Virus record (IMG/VR): IMGVR_UViG_3300032053_000093
Location: 1-56,080 of that record
Length of the DNA stretch: 56,080 nucleotides
Reading direction: 5' to 3' (one strand)
Source of the DNA: a virus
Taxonomy: Duplodnaviria; Caudoviricetes
Below, in pieces: positions 8,132 to 16,795 of this stretch. A program made the position numbers and the translations under genes. Under the pieces are notes generated by a model that was given only the letters and a program-made list of their open reading frames with translations, had not been told where the DNA came from and did not search any database. Numbering within the stretch: position 1 is the stretch's first letter; each line of letters begins with the position of its first letter.

Positions 8132-8367
8132 TTTCCTTGTTCCTCTTCCACGTCATCCTCGATGCCGCCCAGGGCTTTAAGGACGCGCTGGATTTTGATC
8201 CGCTCCACATTGATCTGACGCAATTCTTGCGTCGCGGTTTCAATCTCAGTCTCAAGATTGACCGCTTTCTCCGTCAATTTGTTCAGCCTCTTCAGATAGC
8301 GGTCCCGGTCCCGCTCCTGACGTTCCTCCGGGCTGAGCCTCGTGCGCTTTACCACTGTGACTCCCAT
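8128..8367 (-). CDS. Small coiled-coil hypothetical protein
   Basis: 79 aa heptad-rich; GGGAG RBS. Confidence 0.6.
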   Translation of the reverse strand: MGVTVVKRTRLSPEERQERDRDRYLKRLNKLTEKAVNLETEIETATQELRQINVERIKIQRVLKALGGIEDDVEEEQGK

Positions 8368-8539
8368 GTTCGTTTTCTCCCTTCTTGAATTTCCACGTGG
8401 CGACCCGCGACCGTAGATAGGTGAGGTTCACGCGCTCGTCACGCCGTTGCGCTTGGTGCTTCTTCTGGCAGCAGAAGCGGTATTTCTTGCCCGATCCGCA
8501 CGGGCAGGGATCGTAGGGGTCTGCGATGTACGAATTCAT
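8252..8539 (-). CDS. SEC-C motif (Zn-binding) protein
   Basis: DPCPCGSGKKYRFCC; ATGA overlap with sbcC; 3' end overlaps the next gene. Confidence 0.7.
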   Translation of the reverse strand: MNSYIADPYDPCPCGSGKKYRFCCQKKHQAQRRDERVNLTYLRSRVATWKFKKGENEHGSHSGKAHEAQPGGTSGAGPGPLSEEAEQIDGESGQS

Positions 8540-11094
8540 GTTGTCTCCACGGTCACGCCGGCCACGCCGCGAGTTAGTTGCACTTGAGAGCGCAACCGCG
8601 CGGCGATCTGCGGGTCGTGGGTTACAACGACGATCATCCCGATCCGCTCGCCCAGATAGTCCAGGACGCGGAGCAAATCTTCCGTGCCCTCCGCGCCGAG
8701 GCGGTCAAACGCCTCATCCAGGAACAGACAATCCGGCTGGACGCCGTGGAGTTGGCCGACCCACAATGCGACGGCGAGGCGGAACAGAATAAGGATCAGT
8801 TGCAACTGCCCGCCGCTGTAGCGCAGGGCGTCTCGCTCGCCGCGGGCGTCGCGGATGAGGATATCGAACGCTTCTGCTACGTTGCCGTCCGCGAGAACCC
8901 GCTGCGTGGCGATCCTGAGCCGTTGCCGCCCCGCTGTGGCCCGCTCGAAGAGGTCGTCAGCAATGGCTTCCAGTTCCGGTGCGGCGTGGTCAATCAGGAT
9001 TTGGCGGACGCCCTTGGGGCCGAAGCACAGGCGGAGTTGTTCCAGGGTTTCGAGGTCGGCGGTCAGCACGGCGATCCGGTCGGATTTCACCTGCTGGCTG
9101 GCGGCTTCGCGCTTCCACGCGGCAACCTGTTCCTCCATGCGGGCGATCTCCGCGCTGAAATACTCGCTGTTGGATTGGCATCGGGTGCGACACCGGAGAC
9201 CCTCAGCGTGCCGGTCTTTGAGTCGTGTTCGCTCTTTCTCCAATGCGCTCAAATCCGCCGTGGCTTGTTTCGCCTTTGCGCGGCATTGTTCCCATTCCGA
9301 GTAGGTTTGCTCAAACTTGGCATTCGCCTCGCCCAGCCCCACGCACTTGGTTTCAAGATCACGCACGGCTTCCTGGGCCGCCGCGAGTGCCGCCGGAGCA
9401 TCTGCCAGGAGGTCAATCGCGGTTTGCAAGCGGGTGAGATCAGCCCTCTGGTCCTCGGCAGTGGGCGGGGCTTCGAGCTCGATGGTTTCAAGGTCGCGCT
9501 TGCATTTGTCAAATTCGTTTCTGAGTTCCTCAATCCGCTTGCGCGTCACCGCGAAGGCGCGTAATTGTTCCTCTGCGTTGCGGGCGCATTGCCTCTGCTG
9601 GATGAGTTGCGTCAGGTCAAAAGTAGGTTCATGGGTCGGGATGGCCGCAAGTTTGGTCTTGTAGTTCTCTGCTTCGAGTTCGTAGAGCCTAATCACCTCC
9701 GGCAGTGAGTTGTATTCCTTCAGGAGCGGGCAGAAGTTGCAGATGTCGCCACCCGGTGTTTCCGGTTTCTGAGCCATTCGGGCACGGGCTTGGTCTGCCG
9801 AATCTTCGGCGCTCCTGATATTCATGGCAAGTTGACTCCGCATGTCTTCGCGCTGAAAGTTCACTTCCGAGATGCGTTTGTTGGCTTCCAGGGCATTAGT
9901 GTACTGAATTCGGAGTCCCCCAACTTGCCAGGCCAGCGCGATGGCTTCCGCGTCCATCCCCGGCACGGCTTCAAGTTCAACCAAGAGCCGCCGGGAGGCT
10001 ATCACCTGGTACGCCGCCTTGTCGCGCTTGGCCTTCCACGCCCGCCAGGTCTCGAATACGGCCTGTTGCCCTTGAAGATCGGCCCGTTGCTTCTGGTAGT
10101 CCTTCAGGGTACTGGTGCGCTCAGTGTCGTACTCCACCATCTTGGCCCGGCTTTCCAGTCGTTGAATCTCTGTTTGCACGGCCAGCATGTGTCGTTCCGC
10201 ATCGGCAAGCGCGTTCGCTGCGCGCGCCTCGTCCTGCACCAAGCGTTCCGCTTCGGCGGCCCCGCCGTCCAGCTTGGCGATTTCCTTTTGGATGTTGTCC
10301 AGTTGCGTCTGGTATTCCTGAGCACTGGTCCGCGCGTCGTTCAAATCACCCCGAAGGGTCACAATCTCCATTTCGTCACGTTCAATGATCCAGCCATAGT
10401 CTATTCCAAACTTAGCACCCTGATGTCGCCAAAGGACGTGTGCTGGCGCTTGACACTCGGCAGGGTAATCTTTGAGTGTTTTGAGTTGGGCTTCAAGCAC
10501 CTTGCGCTCCGCCGCGTCCTCATGGATGACCTCGGCAATCCGCTCCACCTCGGCGTCCAGGTGAGATGCGCCGATCAGGTTGTTGAGAACGCCCCGGCGC
10601 CGCGCCGTCAGGTCGGGTTCTCCGGGTTGGCCGCAGAGATCGCCGTAGCGGTTCTGCGACAGGAACCAGGTCGCCAGGGCGGTGTCGGCGTCTCCGAGCA
10701 TGGCCTCAATTGCGCGGTCGAAGTCGCCGACTTTCGGGCCGGCGATACAGGGCGCATCTCCGACATGGCGAGACATGAAAAAAAGGCTTGCCTTGTGGCT
10801 CTTGGTCTTGCCTGTTGTTTTTAGGGTTCTTTCTGCTAAGTACACCTCTCCTTGATGTTCAAACTCCAGACTTATCTCCGCCTCGCCGCTGCCTCCCTGG
10901 GTCATGGCGTCGTACAGACTGCCGGGATACCACGCGAAGCGCCCGTACAACGCGGCCAGAACCGCCTCGACGCAGAACGTCTTGCCAGTGCCGTAGGGGG
11001 CGCACACGGCGATGGGGCTGTGGAGGCTGGCCCAGTTGATCTCGGTGTCGGCGTGTGGCCCGATCCCCCGGATGATGGTCTTGATGGGTTTCAT
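8536..11094 (-). CDS. sbcC: SbcC/Rad50-like SMC ATPase
   Basis: Walker A APYGTGKT, long coiled coil with CxxC hook (CNFC), signature YSGGQ, Walker B LFLDE, H-loop VVTH; start at 11094 after AAAGGA. Confidence 0.9.
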   Translation of the reverse strand: MKPIKTIIRGIGPHADTEINWASLHSPIAVCAPYGTGKTFCVEAVLAALYGRFAWYPGSLYDAMTQGGSGEAEISLEFEHQGEVYLAERTLKTTGKTKSHKASLFFMSRHVGDAPCIAGPKVGDFDRAIEAMLGDADTALATWFLSQNRYGDLCGQPGEPDLTARRRGVLNNLIGASHLDAEVERIAEVIHEDAAERKVLEAQLKTLKDYPAECQAPAHVLWRHQGAKFGIDYGWIIERDEMEIVTLRGDLNDARTSAQEYQTQLDNIQKEIAKLDGGAAEAERLVQDEARAANALADAERHMLAVQTEIQRLESRAKMVEYDTERTSTLKDYQKQRADLQGQQAVFETWRAWKAKRDKAAYQVIASRRLLVELEAVPGMDAEAIALAWQVGGLRIQYTNALEANKRISEVNFQREDMRSQLAMNIRSAEDSADQARARMAQKPETPGGDICNFCPLLKEYNSLPEVIRLYELEAENYKTKLAAIPTHEPTFDLTQLIQQRQCARNAEEQLRAFAVTRKRIEELRNEFDKCKRDLETIELEAPPTAEDQRADLTRLQTAIDLLADAPAALAAAQEAVRDLETKCVGLGEANAKFEQTYSEWEQCRAKAKQATADLSALEKERTRLKDRHAEGLRCRTRCQSNSEYFSAEIARMEEQVAAWKREAASQQVKSDRIAVLTADLETLEQLRLCFGPKGVRQILIDHAAPELEAIADDLFERATAGRQRLRIATQRVLADGNVAEAFDILIRDARGERDALRYSGGQLQLILILFRLAVALWVGQLHGVQPDCLFLDEAFDRLGAEGTEDLLRVLDYLGERIGMIVVVTHDPQIAARLRSQVQLTRGVAGVTVETT

Positions 11095-11111
11095 TAGTGA
11101 GAATTTCCTTT

Positions 11112-11330
11112 CTGTTTTTGCCCACCGGGGCGGCTCATTGGAGGCTAACGCCCCGGTGGGTTTTCTGCGGCAGGTCGCGTTCGCCGCATACCTCGCTGTT
11201 TGATTTTGCCCACCGGGGCGGCTCATTGGAGGCCAACGCCCCGGTGGTTTTTCTGTGGTGGGAATCCCTACGGCCCTTTTCGCTCAGGCTATGATTGCCG
11301 GCGGGTGTTAGCCTTTCACCACATACCTCA
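11112..11330 (-). ncRNA. Candidate structured RNA: two units of [variable hairpin + near-identical ~50-nt hairpin]
   Basis: Direct repeat 11116-11167 / 11204-11255 with stem CCACCGGGGCG/CGCCCCGGTGG. On the minus strand each copy is preceded by a GAGGTATGYGGYGAA...CCRCAGAAAA hairpin. Confidence 0.6.
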
Positions 11331-11618
11331 GTCTTCCGTCTTTGCTTTGCGTCCGCGCGGTTTCGTTCCGAGCGTTGCGCGTTTCACCACAAGCTTCTCG
11401 CCGACCTGTTTGATCGTGAACTTTCGAGAGTTTTCAGGATCATTCAGGATGTAGCAGGTCAACTCTGCCTTTTTCATTGCGGCAAGGACAGCGCTCACGG
11501 CTTTTTCTACGGCCTCTCGCGCTTCCTTCACGCTCTCGACTGCCCGCAAATACAAGCGAGCCTGTTTCGCTACTTCCGGTTGTTTTGGCATTCCCGGAAG
11601 TTCCCGTTGTTCTTCCAT
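11328..11618 (-). CDS. Hypothetical protein (96 aa)
   Basis: ATG 11618 after AGGAGG; helical, basic C-terminus. Confidence 0.6.
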   Translation of the reverse strand: MEEQRELPGMPKQPEVAKQARLYLRAVESVKEAREAVEKAVSAVLAAMKKAELTCYILNDPENSRKFTIKQVGEKLVVKRATLGTKPRGRKAKTED

Positions 11619-11622
11619 AACG

Positions 11623-12666
11623 TCATACCTCCTTTCTCGCGTCCGCGTGAACGCGGTCGTACATCTGATTGAGCGGCGTCGCCTCGACGGGCGGGTTCTG
11701 CGTTCCGGCCCATAGGCCGATGAGTCCGTGCGGGTCGTCGGCGATCCCCGCCGGGACTTCGGCCCGCTGGATGCGCTCCTGGCGGGGGACGATAACCTCC
11801 AGTTGGGTGTCTTCGTTTCGCTCAAGCTCCGCTATCACCGACGGGTCTATCGGTTGCGTTCCGACATAGCGGATTCGTAAATGCTCGTTTGTGCGTTTTC
11901 CTGGCATAAGATTCGGATTCGAGACTTCCACCGTCCTGTAGGTCGGCGCGGCGTCCAGTTCGATCCACTCAGTCTCCCGCGTCTCGGTATCGTAAATCTC
12001 CAACCCCGCCGGGTTTCCCCCGTCGCCGAAATCCGTTTGGCGCAGTGCCCCGACAAAGAGCGGTTGCCGCATGTGAAAATGGCCAAAGGCTATATGGGAG
12101 ACGGGCAAACACTCCACGAGTTTGCGCGAGAACTGCCATTTGCCGGGCTTGGCCTCACAGCAAAACGAATCATTCATCTTCTTCCCTATGATTTCGCCGT
12201 GGGCGAGGAGGATTGTGTGCTCTGAACGCCTGGCTTCAACTAGGCGCATAAGCACGTCGTCGGGGCGAGCATTAGAATCCCAACTCCACGGTAGGCACAA
12301 AAAGCCCACATCGTCTTTCTGCCACTCTTGGGCAGTGTGAATGACTGTAACGTTGGGCATTCCTTCCAGCACATAGAGAGCATCGGCACTGCCCACCCCG
12401 GATTGATCGTGTCCGCCGGGGATCACAACAACGGGAACCTTGCCGAGCTCTGATATGTTGATGAGGGGTTTGATGACGGCGTAGGAGATTGCGCCAGTCG
12501 AGGCGTGTTTATCGTATATGGTGGAACAGTCAAACACGTCGCCTGCAATCGCAAGACATCCGATTTCATGCGAACACACGTACTTTTCCAGAGCCTTCAA
12601 CTGTGCGCTGAATTCCGGCATGTCCTTGCCCCGCGCGTGCCAGTCCGCCGTGATTGCGATTCTCAT
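11623..12666 (-). CDS. sbcD: SbcD/Mre11-like metallophosphoesterase nuclease
   Basis: TADWH, AGDVFD, PGGHD, LAH, FGHFH motifs; adjacent to sbcC. Confidence 0.88.
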   Translation of the reverse strand: MRIAITADWHARGKDMPEFSAQLKALEKYVCSHEIGCLAIAGDVFDCSTIYDKHASTGAISYAVIKPLINISELGKVPVVVIPGGHDQSGVGSADALYVLEGMPNVTVIHTAQEWQKDDVGFLCLPWSWDSNARPDDVLMRLVEARRSEHTILLAHGEIIGKKMNDSFCCEAKPGKWQFSRKLVECLPVSHIAFGHFHMRQPLFVGALRQTDFGDGGNPAGLEIYDTETRETEWIELDAAPTYRTVEVSNPNLMPGKRTNEHLRIRYVGTQPIDPSVIAELERNEDTQLEVIVPRQERIQRAEVPAGIADDPHGLIGLWAGTQNPPVEATPLNQMYDRVHADARKEV

Positions 12667-14069
12667 TTTCCCACCCCTTTCTCCCCGCCCTCGAACAAGT
12701 CCGGCGGTTCGTCCGGCTCCGCCGCCGGGTCGCCGTCAATGGCAATCCGCAGCCCAATCTCATACAGCATCTTGAGCCGCTGGGTGCGTTGCCGCTCGGT
12801 GTCGCCCCGAAGAAACTCATCTGCATTGGCGATTCGGGTGAAGGTTTTTTTCTTGGCGTTGTAGAGGCCGTCCGGCGATCCGAAACACACGTCGTTCAGC
12901 GTATCGGTATAGTTGGCCCCGTCGCGTTCGGCAATCGCCAGGGCGTGGTCGTGGATGCGCTCGGCAACCGCGACGGGCGGCTCCTGGGCCATGAGTGTGT
13001 CAAGGTCCTTGGTGAGTGCGCCGTCTGTCTTGGGCGGGGCAGGGGGGGCTTCCTGGGCTGCTGGCGGCTCCGGCGGGGCTTGGGGCGGCGCTTCCACCGG
13101 CTGGCCCCCCGCCGGGGCGTCCTGGGCGTCCGCCGGCTCCCCGTCATCCTCGAACGGATCGTCCGGTTCTTCCGTGGTGGCGGGTGCGGGCAGTTGCAAG
13201 GGCGGCGTTGCCCGGTCCTGGAGCATCCAGTTGCGGACTTCCGCTTGGCGGCGGCTGATATCGCCCTCGCTCAGGGTGAAAATGACCTGGCCGGTGACCC
13301 CGACTGCCCCGCCGTCTTTTCCTTGATAGCGCTTTTTTTGTTTCTGGAAGCTGAGAATGCCCGTGGTTCCATGCAGGCTTCCATTGGTTCGTTCTGCCGC
13401 AAGGTCCAGTTCCGCGAGCACCCGCGGCCCGAAGTTGTCGCTGCTGGTGTCGAAGCGGAATCGCGCCTGCCATCCAAGGGATTTGCTCAGAGGCTCCGGC
13501 TTGCCGTCCTTCCCTTCAACCCATAGGCAAAGAATCAGTCGCCCATGCGCCTTGCATTCCTTCTTAACGGAGAACGGACAGTATTCCTTGGCTTCCGTCT
13601 CGGCGCGGCCCACAGGGACGCATTCAAGGGCCTTCTGGCTTCCGTCCGCCTGCTTCCGACTCGCCACAACGCCATCCCCGTGGCAGTGAAGACCGTTTTT
13701 GTCCCAAAGCTGGAACTCTTCGGCATAGGTTCCTTTATACTCCCAACCATCCGGGCCTGGCGTGGCATCGTGAGTCAAGACGAAATTGAGGTCCGTTGGA
13801 AGCAGCCCCGGCTCGGCTTGGAGTTGTGACGACTTGGCTTTGGCAATCTTCTCGGCATTGCTGCCAAGCCGTTGCATGGCCTCCATGTCCACAACCGGGT
13901 GATTGTCCGTGCCAAGCGAATCTCGGCAAAGGAGAAAACCTGGCAATTTCCCGGGAATGTCTTTCGCCTCCTTGGATTTGACCATTTGGCCTATCTTGAT
14001 GATGTGCGTAGATTGCAGGGCTTGGCTTCCACCGCTCTCCCTGCCCCACTTGCGCTTGCGAATTCTCAT
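12663..14069 (-). CDS. Gp3-like / recombination-directionality-factor-like protein with Pro/acidic linker
   Basis: IKIGQ...PGKLPGF N-terminus, CHGDG...C.P...CP.....CK.HGRL Cys cluster, RFDTSSDN; position in the recombination module. Confidence 0.55.
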   Translation of the reverse strand: MRIRKRKWGRESGGSQALQSTHIIKIGQMVKSKEAKDIPGKLPGFLLCRDSLGTDNHPVVDMEAMQRLGSNAEKIAKAKSSQLQAEPGLLPTDLNFVLTHDATPGPDGWEYKGTYAEEFQLWDKNGLHCHGDGVVASRKQADGSQKALECVPVGRAETEAKEYCPFSVKKECKAHGRLILCLWVEGKDGKPEPLSKSLGWQARFRFDTSSDNFGPRVLAELDLAAERTNGSLHGTTGILSFQKQKKRYQGKDGGAVGVTGQVIFTLSEGDISRRQAEVRNWMLQDRATPPLQLPAPATTEEPDDPFEDDGEPADAQDAPAGGQPVEAPPQAPPEPPAAQEAPPAPPKTDGALTKDLDTLMAQEPPVAVAERIHDHALAIAERDGANYTDTLNDVCFGSPDGLYNAKKKTFTRIANADEFLRGDTERQRTQRLKMLYEIGLRIAIDGDPAAEPDEPPDLFEGGEKGVGK

Positions 14070-14070
14070 T

Positions 14071-14463
14071 TCATATTCTCTCTTTCTTGGGCGATCTTGA
14101 GCGTTTGAGTGCGTCAATTCTCTTTTGCTCTTTGAGTGCGAGTTCCAATGTCAGACCGATAAACATATCATCCGCAATGTTTCCTGGGGTTTCCCACCGT
14201 ATATTGGGGTTCACGGGAAACGTAACCCGCTCCTCCGCGATTCTGAGCGCCTCGCCGATGCTCTTGGGATAGCGCGGAACGTAGTCCTCTTGTGCCACCA
14301 TGATTTTGGACACGAGGCAGGACCAACCCGCCGGGACCACGACGATCACGCAAGGATTTCCGAATCTGGTTGCGGTGTACCAGCGGCGGTTCTTGGTGTA
14401 GGACACCAGCCAGCCCGCCGCGAGCAACTGATGAATTGCCGCGCTGATGAGTTGTCTTCGCAT
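14071..14463 (-). CDS. Hypothetical protein
   Basis: 130 aa, AAGGAGG RBS, operon packing. Confidence 0.6.
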   Translation of the reverse strand: MRRQLISAAIHQLLAAGWLVSYTKNRRWYTATRFGNPCVIVVVPAGWSCLVSKIMVAQEDYVPRYPKSIGEALRIAEERVTFPVNPNIRWETPGNIADDMFIGLTLELALKEQKRIDALKRSRSPKKERI

Positions 14464-14464
14464 G

Positions 14465-15040
14465 TCACGCCTCCTTGTCCAGCAGGACGCCCGTTGTCCG
14501 GGGGCCTGGTTCAGGGGTGTATTTCAGGGCGCGGAAATAGTCCTTCTGGACGCCGCGGAGGAACATCCGCGCCAGATTCTCCACTTTCCGCGCCGCGCCC
14601 AGGTGCGAGCCGCACCAAATGATATGCAGCCCTTGTCGCACTGCCAGGGCATCCAGGGTGCTGATGAGCGAGGCGGGCGAAATCAGGCTCCGGTACTGCG
14701 CGTCCTCAACCTGGTCCGGCGTGGCCTCGATCACGAGTGCCCGAAACTGATACCGGGCCAGCATCTCGACTTCGCGCATGAACCGCTCGCGCCCGGTGCC
14801 TAGGGTGCTGCACAGATCCGGGAGGCTTTTGCGCTCGACGACGAACCCCCGGCTGGCGAACTCCCGCTTCTCGAACTCATCCTTGGCCTCGCCCGGTTTG
14901 CGGACGGGGGAAACAACGGAGAAGCCCTTGATCCCGTAGTCTCCGCATTCCAGAGTCACAACCTCGGAACACAGAGAGGGGAAAAGCAGGCAATCCTGTT
15001 CACGTGAATCTATGAGGATAACTGGTTGGAGTTGAATCAT
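14465..15040 (-). CDS. ERCC4/XPF-domain nuclease
   Basis: IDSREQ, GDY, VVERKS, LVIE motifs. Confidence 0.88.
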   Translation of the reverse strand: MIQLQPVILIDSREQDCLLFPSLCSEVVTLECGDYGIKGFSVVSPVRKPGEAKDEFEKREFASRGFVVERKSLPDLCSTLGTGRERFMREVEMLARYQFRALVIEATPDQVEDAQYRSLISPASLISTLDALAVRQGLHIIWCGSHLGAARKVENLARMFLRGVQKDYFRALKYTPEPGPRTTGVLLDKEA

Positions 15041-15057
15041 TGGGTCCCTCAGAGTTA

Positions 15058-15726
15058 CTACATCGCTGCAAAGTCCTTGTGCTTGATCTTCGTGATAATG
15101 CGTTCCCCATGCCGGTTTTGTAGTTCGCACAGAGGACGAGCAACAATGCCCTCGGCGATGTGTGTTGTTCCTTCCCCCAAAACGGACGGAAATCCGTGTT
15201 TTACAAGTTCCACCATGTCCAGAAGAGAACCCGTACAGGAGCGGGGAACTACCGGGATATTCAGACTGGCTGCGATTTCTTCAATGTTCGGTCGTTCCAA
15301 CCAGAATGTGCCGATCAAGACATCAAACAGGATGAACCGCTGATCGGGTGAATAGACGCCGCCTTTCTGTATGCCCGCGCCGAAACCCTCTCCGTAAAGC
15401 GTAACTGTTGTCTCTTTGAAGACGGCTTGCATTTGCTCAGGGGTGAACGCCTTTTGTAGATACGCGAGAAGGTTCTTTGGAAGGTCCGCCTTGTCGGTCT
15501 TGCCAGCAAAGCGAACAGTGGGGGGGATGCACTCGCAATTGTCTAAGGCCCTTGAGCAGGTGAAGATGACGCGAATGTTCATCCCATCAATTTTCTCAGT
15601 CAGCATCCAGTCGTTACGCGCTAAATACTCGAATTCGGGCTTGGCGTATTGGCCCAGGAGCAATGTCTTGAACTTCGTTGCGGGGTCTCGCAGAAAGACC
15701 GTCTGAATCTTAGGATATTCAACCAT
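15058..15726 (-). CDS. ATP-dependent RNA ligase family protein (Rnl2-like adenylation domain)
   Basis: YPKI, motif I EKIDGMN, YGE, FILFDV, EGIVARP, ITKIK. Confidence 0.82.
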   Translation of the reverse strand: MVEYPKIQTVFLRDPATKFKTLLLGQYAKPEFEYLARNDWMLTEKIDGMNIRVIFTCSRALDNCECIPPTVRFAGKTDKADLPKNLLAYLQKAFTPEQMQAVFKETTVTLYGEGFGAGIQKGGVYSPDQRFILFDVLIGTFWLERPNIEEIAASLNIPVVPRSCTGSLLDMVELVKHGFPSVLGEGTTHIAEGIVARPLCELQNRHGERIITKIKHKDFAAM

Positions 15727-15743
15727 ATTCGTGTCCTTTCTAT

Positions 15744-15920
15744 TTTGCGGCGGGCCAGAATTTCCATCCCCAAGAGCCGTTAACGCGCTGCGGGGGGCCG
15801 GGCCGTTTCCCGGTCAGCTACGTCAAGCAGTATGCAGGTGAGTCAACGTCCCTGGGATTCGTCTTGACTCGTGACCCAGGGATCGTATCTGGCAGTGTAG
15901 CTCTGTCCTCCCGCCGCAAA
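15744..15920 (-). ncRNA. Candidate multi-stem pseudoknotted RNA in the RNA ligase leader
   Basis: 11-bp perfect closing stem 15744-15754/15910-15920; interleaved helices GAGTCAA/TTGACTC and TCCCTGGG/CCCAGGGA; further stems AGCTAC/GTAGCT and CCGGG/CCCGG. Confidence 0.6.
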
Positions 15921-15933
15921 CCCTAGTCTCCCG

Positions 15934-16242
15934 TCACAACCCCGCCTCATGCAAAAACTCAGAGGCAGACATCATAAAAAGGCGGGCGGCGGCGTGGATA
16001 TCGTTGATGTCCCAAATGGCCGCGCCTGTCATCAATTCGATCTGGGGCTTCTCCGTCCAGCCGGTGAAGCAGACCATCTCCCCGTGCGTGGGGGTAACTT
16101 CATTGAGCAGTTCTGTCAACGTCGCGCCCAACTTCCGGCTGAGCCGGCGTTTTCTGACGGGGGAGGATTTGAGGGGTGAGGGTGTCATGCTCGCTTTCCT
16201 TTCTATATGCAAACGCGAGGGTTTTATATGCAATGCCCTCAC
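15934..16242 (-). CDS. Hypothetical, possibly degenerate HTH protein
   Basis: GTGA overlap with the Cro-like gene; alternative ATG at 16188 with AAGGA RBS. Confidence 0.5.
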   Translation of the reverse strand: MRALHIKPSRLHIERKASMTPSPLKSSPVRKRRLSRKLGATLTELLNEVTPTHGEMVCFTGWTEKPQIELMTGAAIWDINDIHAAARLFMMSASEFLHEAGL

Positions 16243-16511
16243 GCTCGTTTCCCCTTCGCCGTCGGCCTGTCAGCCTTGCGCCGTTTCCGAATCTTGGCGG
16301 CGCGTGTGGCCGGTGTGGCTTTCGGCGCGGCTCTTCCCTCCAACTGATCCAGCGCGGCCTCGATCTTCCCCAGCGTTCGCACTGTCGGGTTGTCGTTAAG
16401 GCCGCATTCGAGACAGGCCAGCGTGTTCATACTGACGCCAGCCACCTGCGCCAGAACCAGTTGCTTGATCCCCAGGGCTTTTCGCCGCGGTTGAATGTTT
16501 GCGATGTCCAT
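16239..16511 (-). CDS. Cro-like XRE helix-turn-helix regulator, first gene of the leftward operon
   Basis: RRKALGIKQLVLAQVAGVSMNTLACLECG..DNPTVRTLGKIEAAL; AAGGAGG RBS. Confidence 0.85.
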   Translation of the reverse strand: MDIANIQPRRKALGIKQLVLAQVAGVSMNTLACLECGLNDNPTVRTLGKIEAALDQLEGRAAPKATPATRAAKIRKRRKADRPTAKGKRA

Positions 16512-16539
16512 GCGCTTTGCTCCTCCTTGTCCACAAAAC

Positions 16540-16592
16540 GAGTATTTACCATTGTAAACGCCATGTCAAGAAGAAAGTTTACCAATCTAAAC
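16540..16592 (-). promoter_or_regulatory. Leftward sigma70-type promoter with two operator-like palindromes
   Basis: TTGACA...AATACT on the minus strand; related palindromes TTTACCATTGTAAA (16545-16558) and GTTTACCAATCTAAAC (16577-16592) in an AT-rich island. Confidence 0.65.
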
Positions 16593-16662
16593 AGCCCGCA
16601 TCTTATTGTGTCTCTTTGTCTTATGAAGCATTGTTTATTTTTCTAAATTTTATTCTTGCACA

Positions 16663-16731
16663 CCGAACATTGACACGATCTACCGGCTGGCGCGCGGCCT
16701 GGGCCTCACGCCGCACGAGTTTCTCAAACCC
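16663..16731 (+). pseudogene. C-terminal remnant of an XRE-family repressor
   Basis: Frame reads PNIDTIYRLARGLGLTPHEFLKP (last XRE helices). In-frame TGA at 16624 and no ATG/GTG/TTG start between that stop and the remnant. Confidence 0.55.
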
Positions 16732-16795
16732 TTGACAGCCCCAACGGCGCCGGTGCATGATGGACTGAGTTTGGTGATGGAAGGAGGGTCACGCC

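Noticed and set aside
8578-10824. Long plus-strand ORFs (328 aa, 344 aa) opposite sbcC
   Set aside because: Antisense shadows of a GC-rich coding gene; no motifs or RBS
11112-11260. CRISPR array
   Set aside because: Only two repeats, longer than typical, the spacer is itself a framed hairpin, and no cas genes were recognised; kept as a candidate ncRNA instead
15744-15920. Known self-cleaving ribozyme (hammerhead/twister)
   Set aside because: No CUGANGA/GAAA core, and only a superficial ACACUGCC resemblance to twister; cannot be assigned by eye
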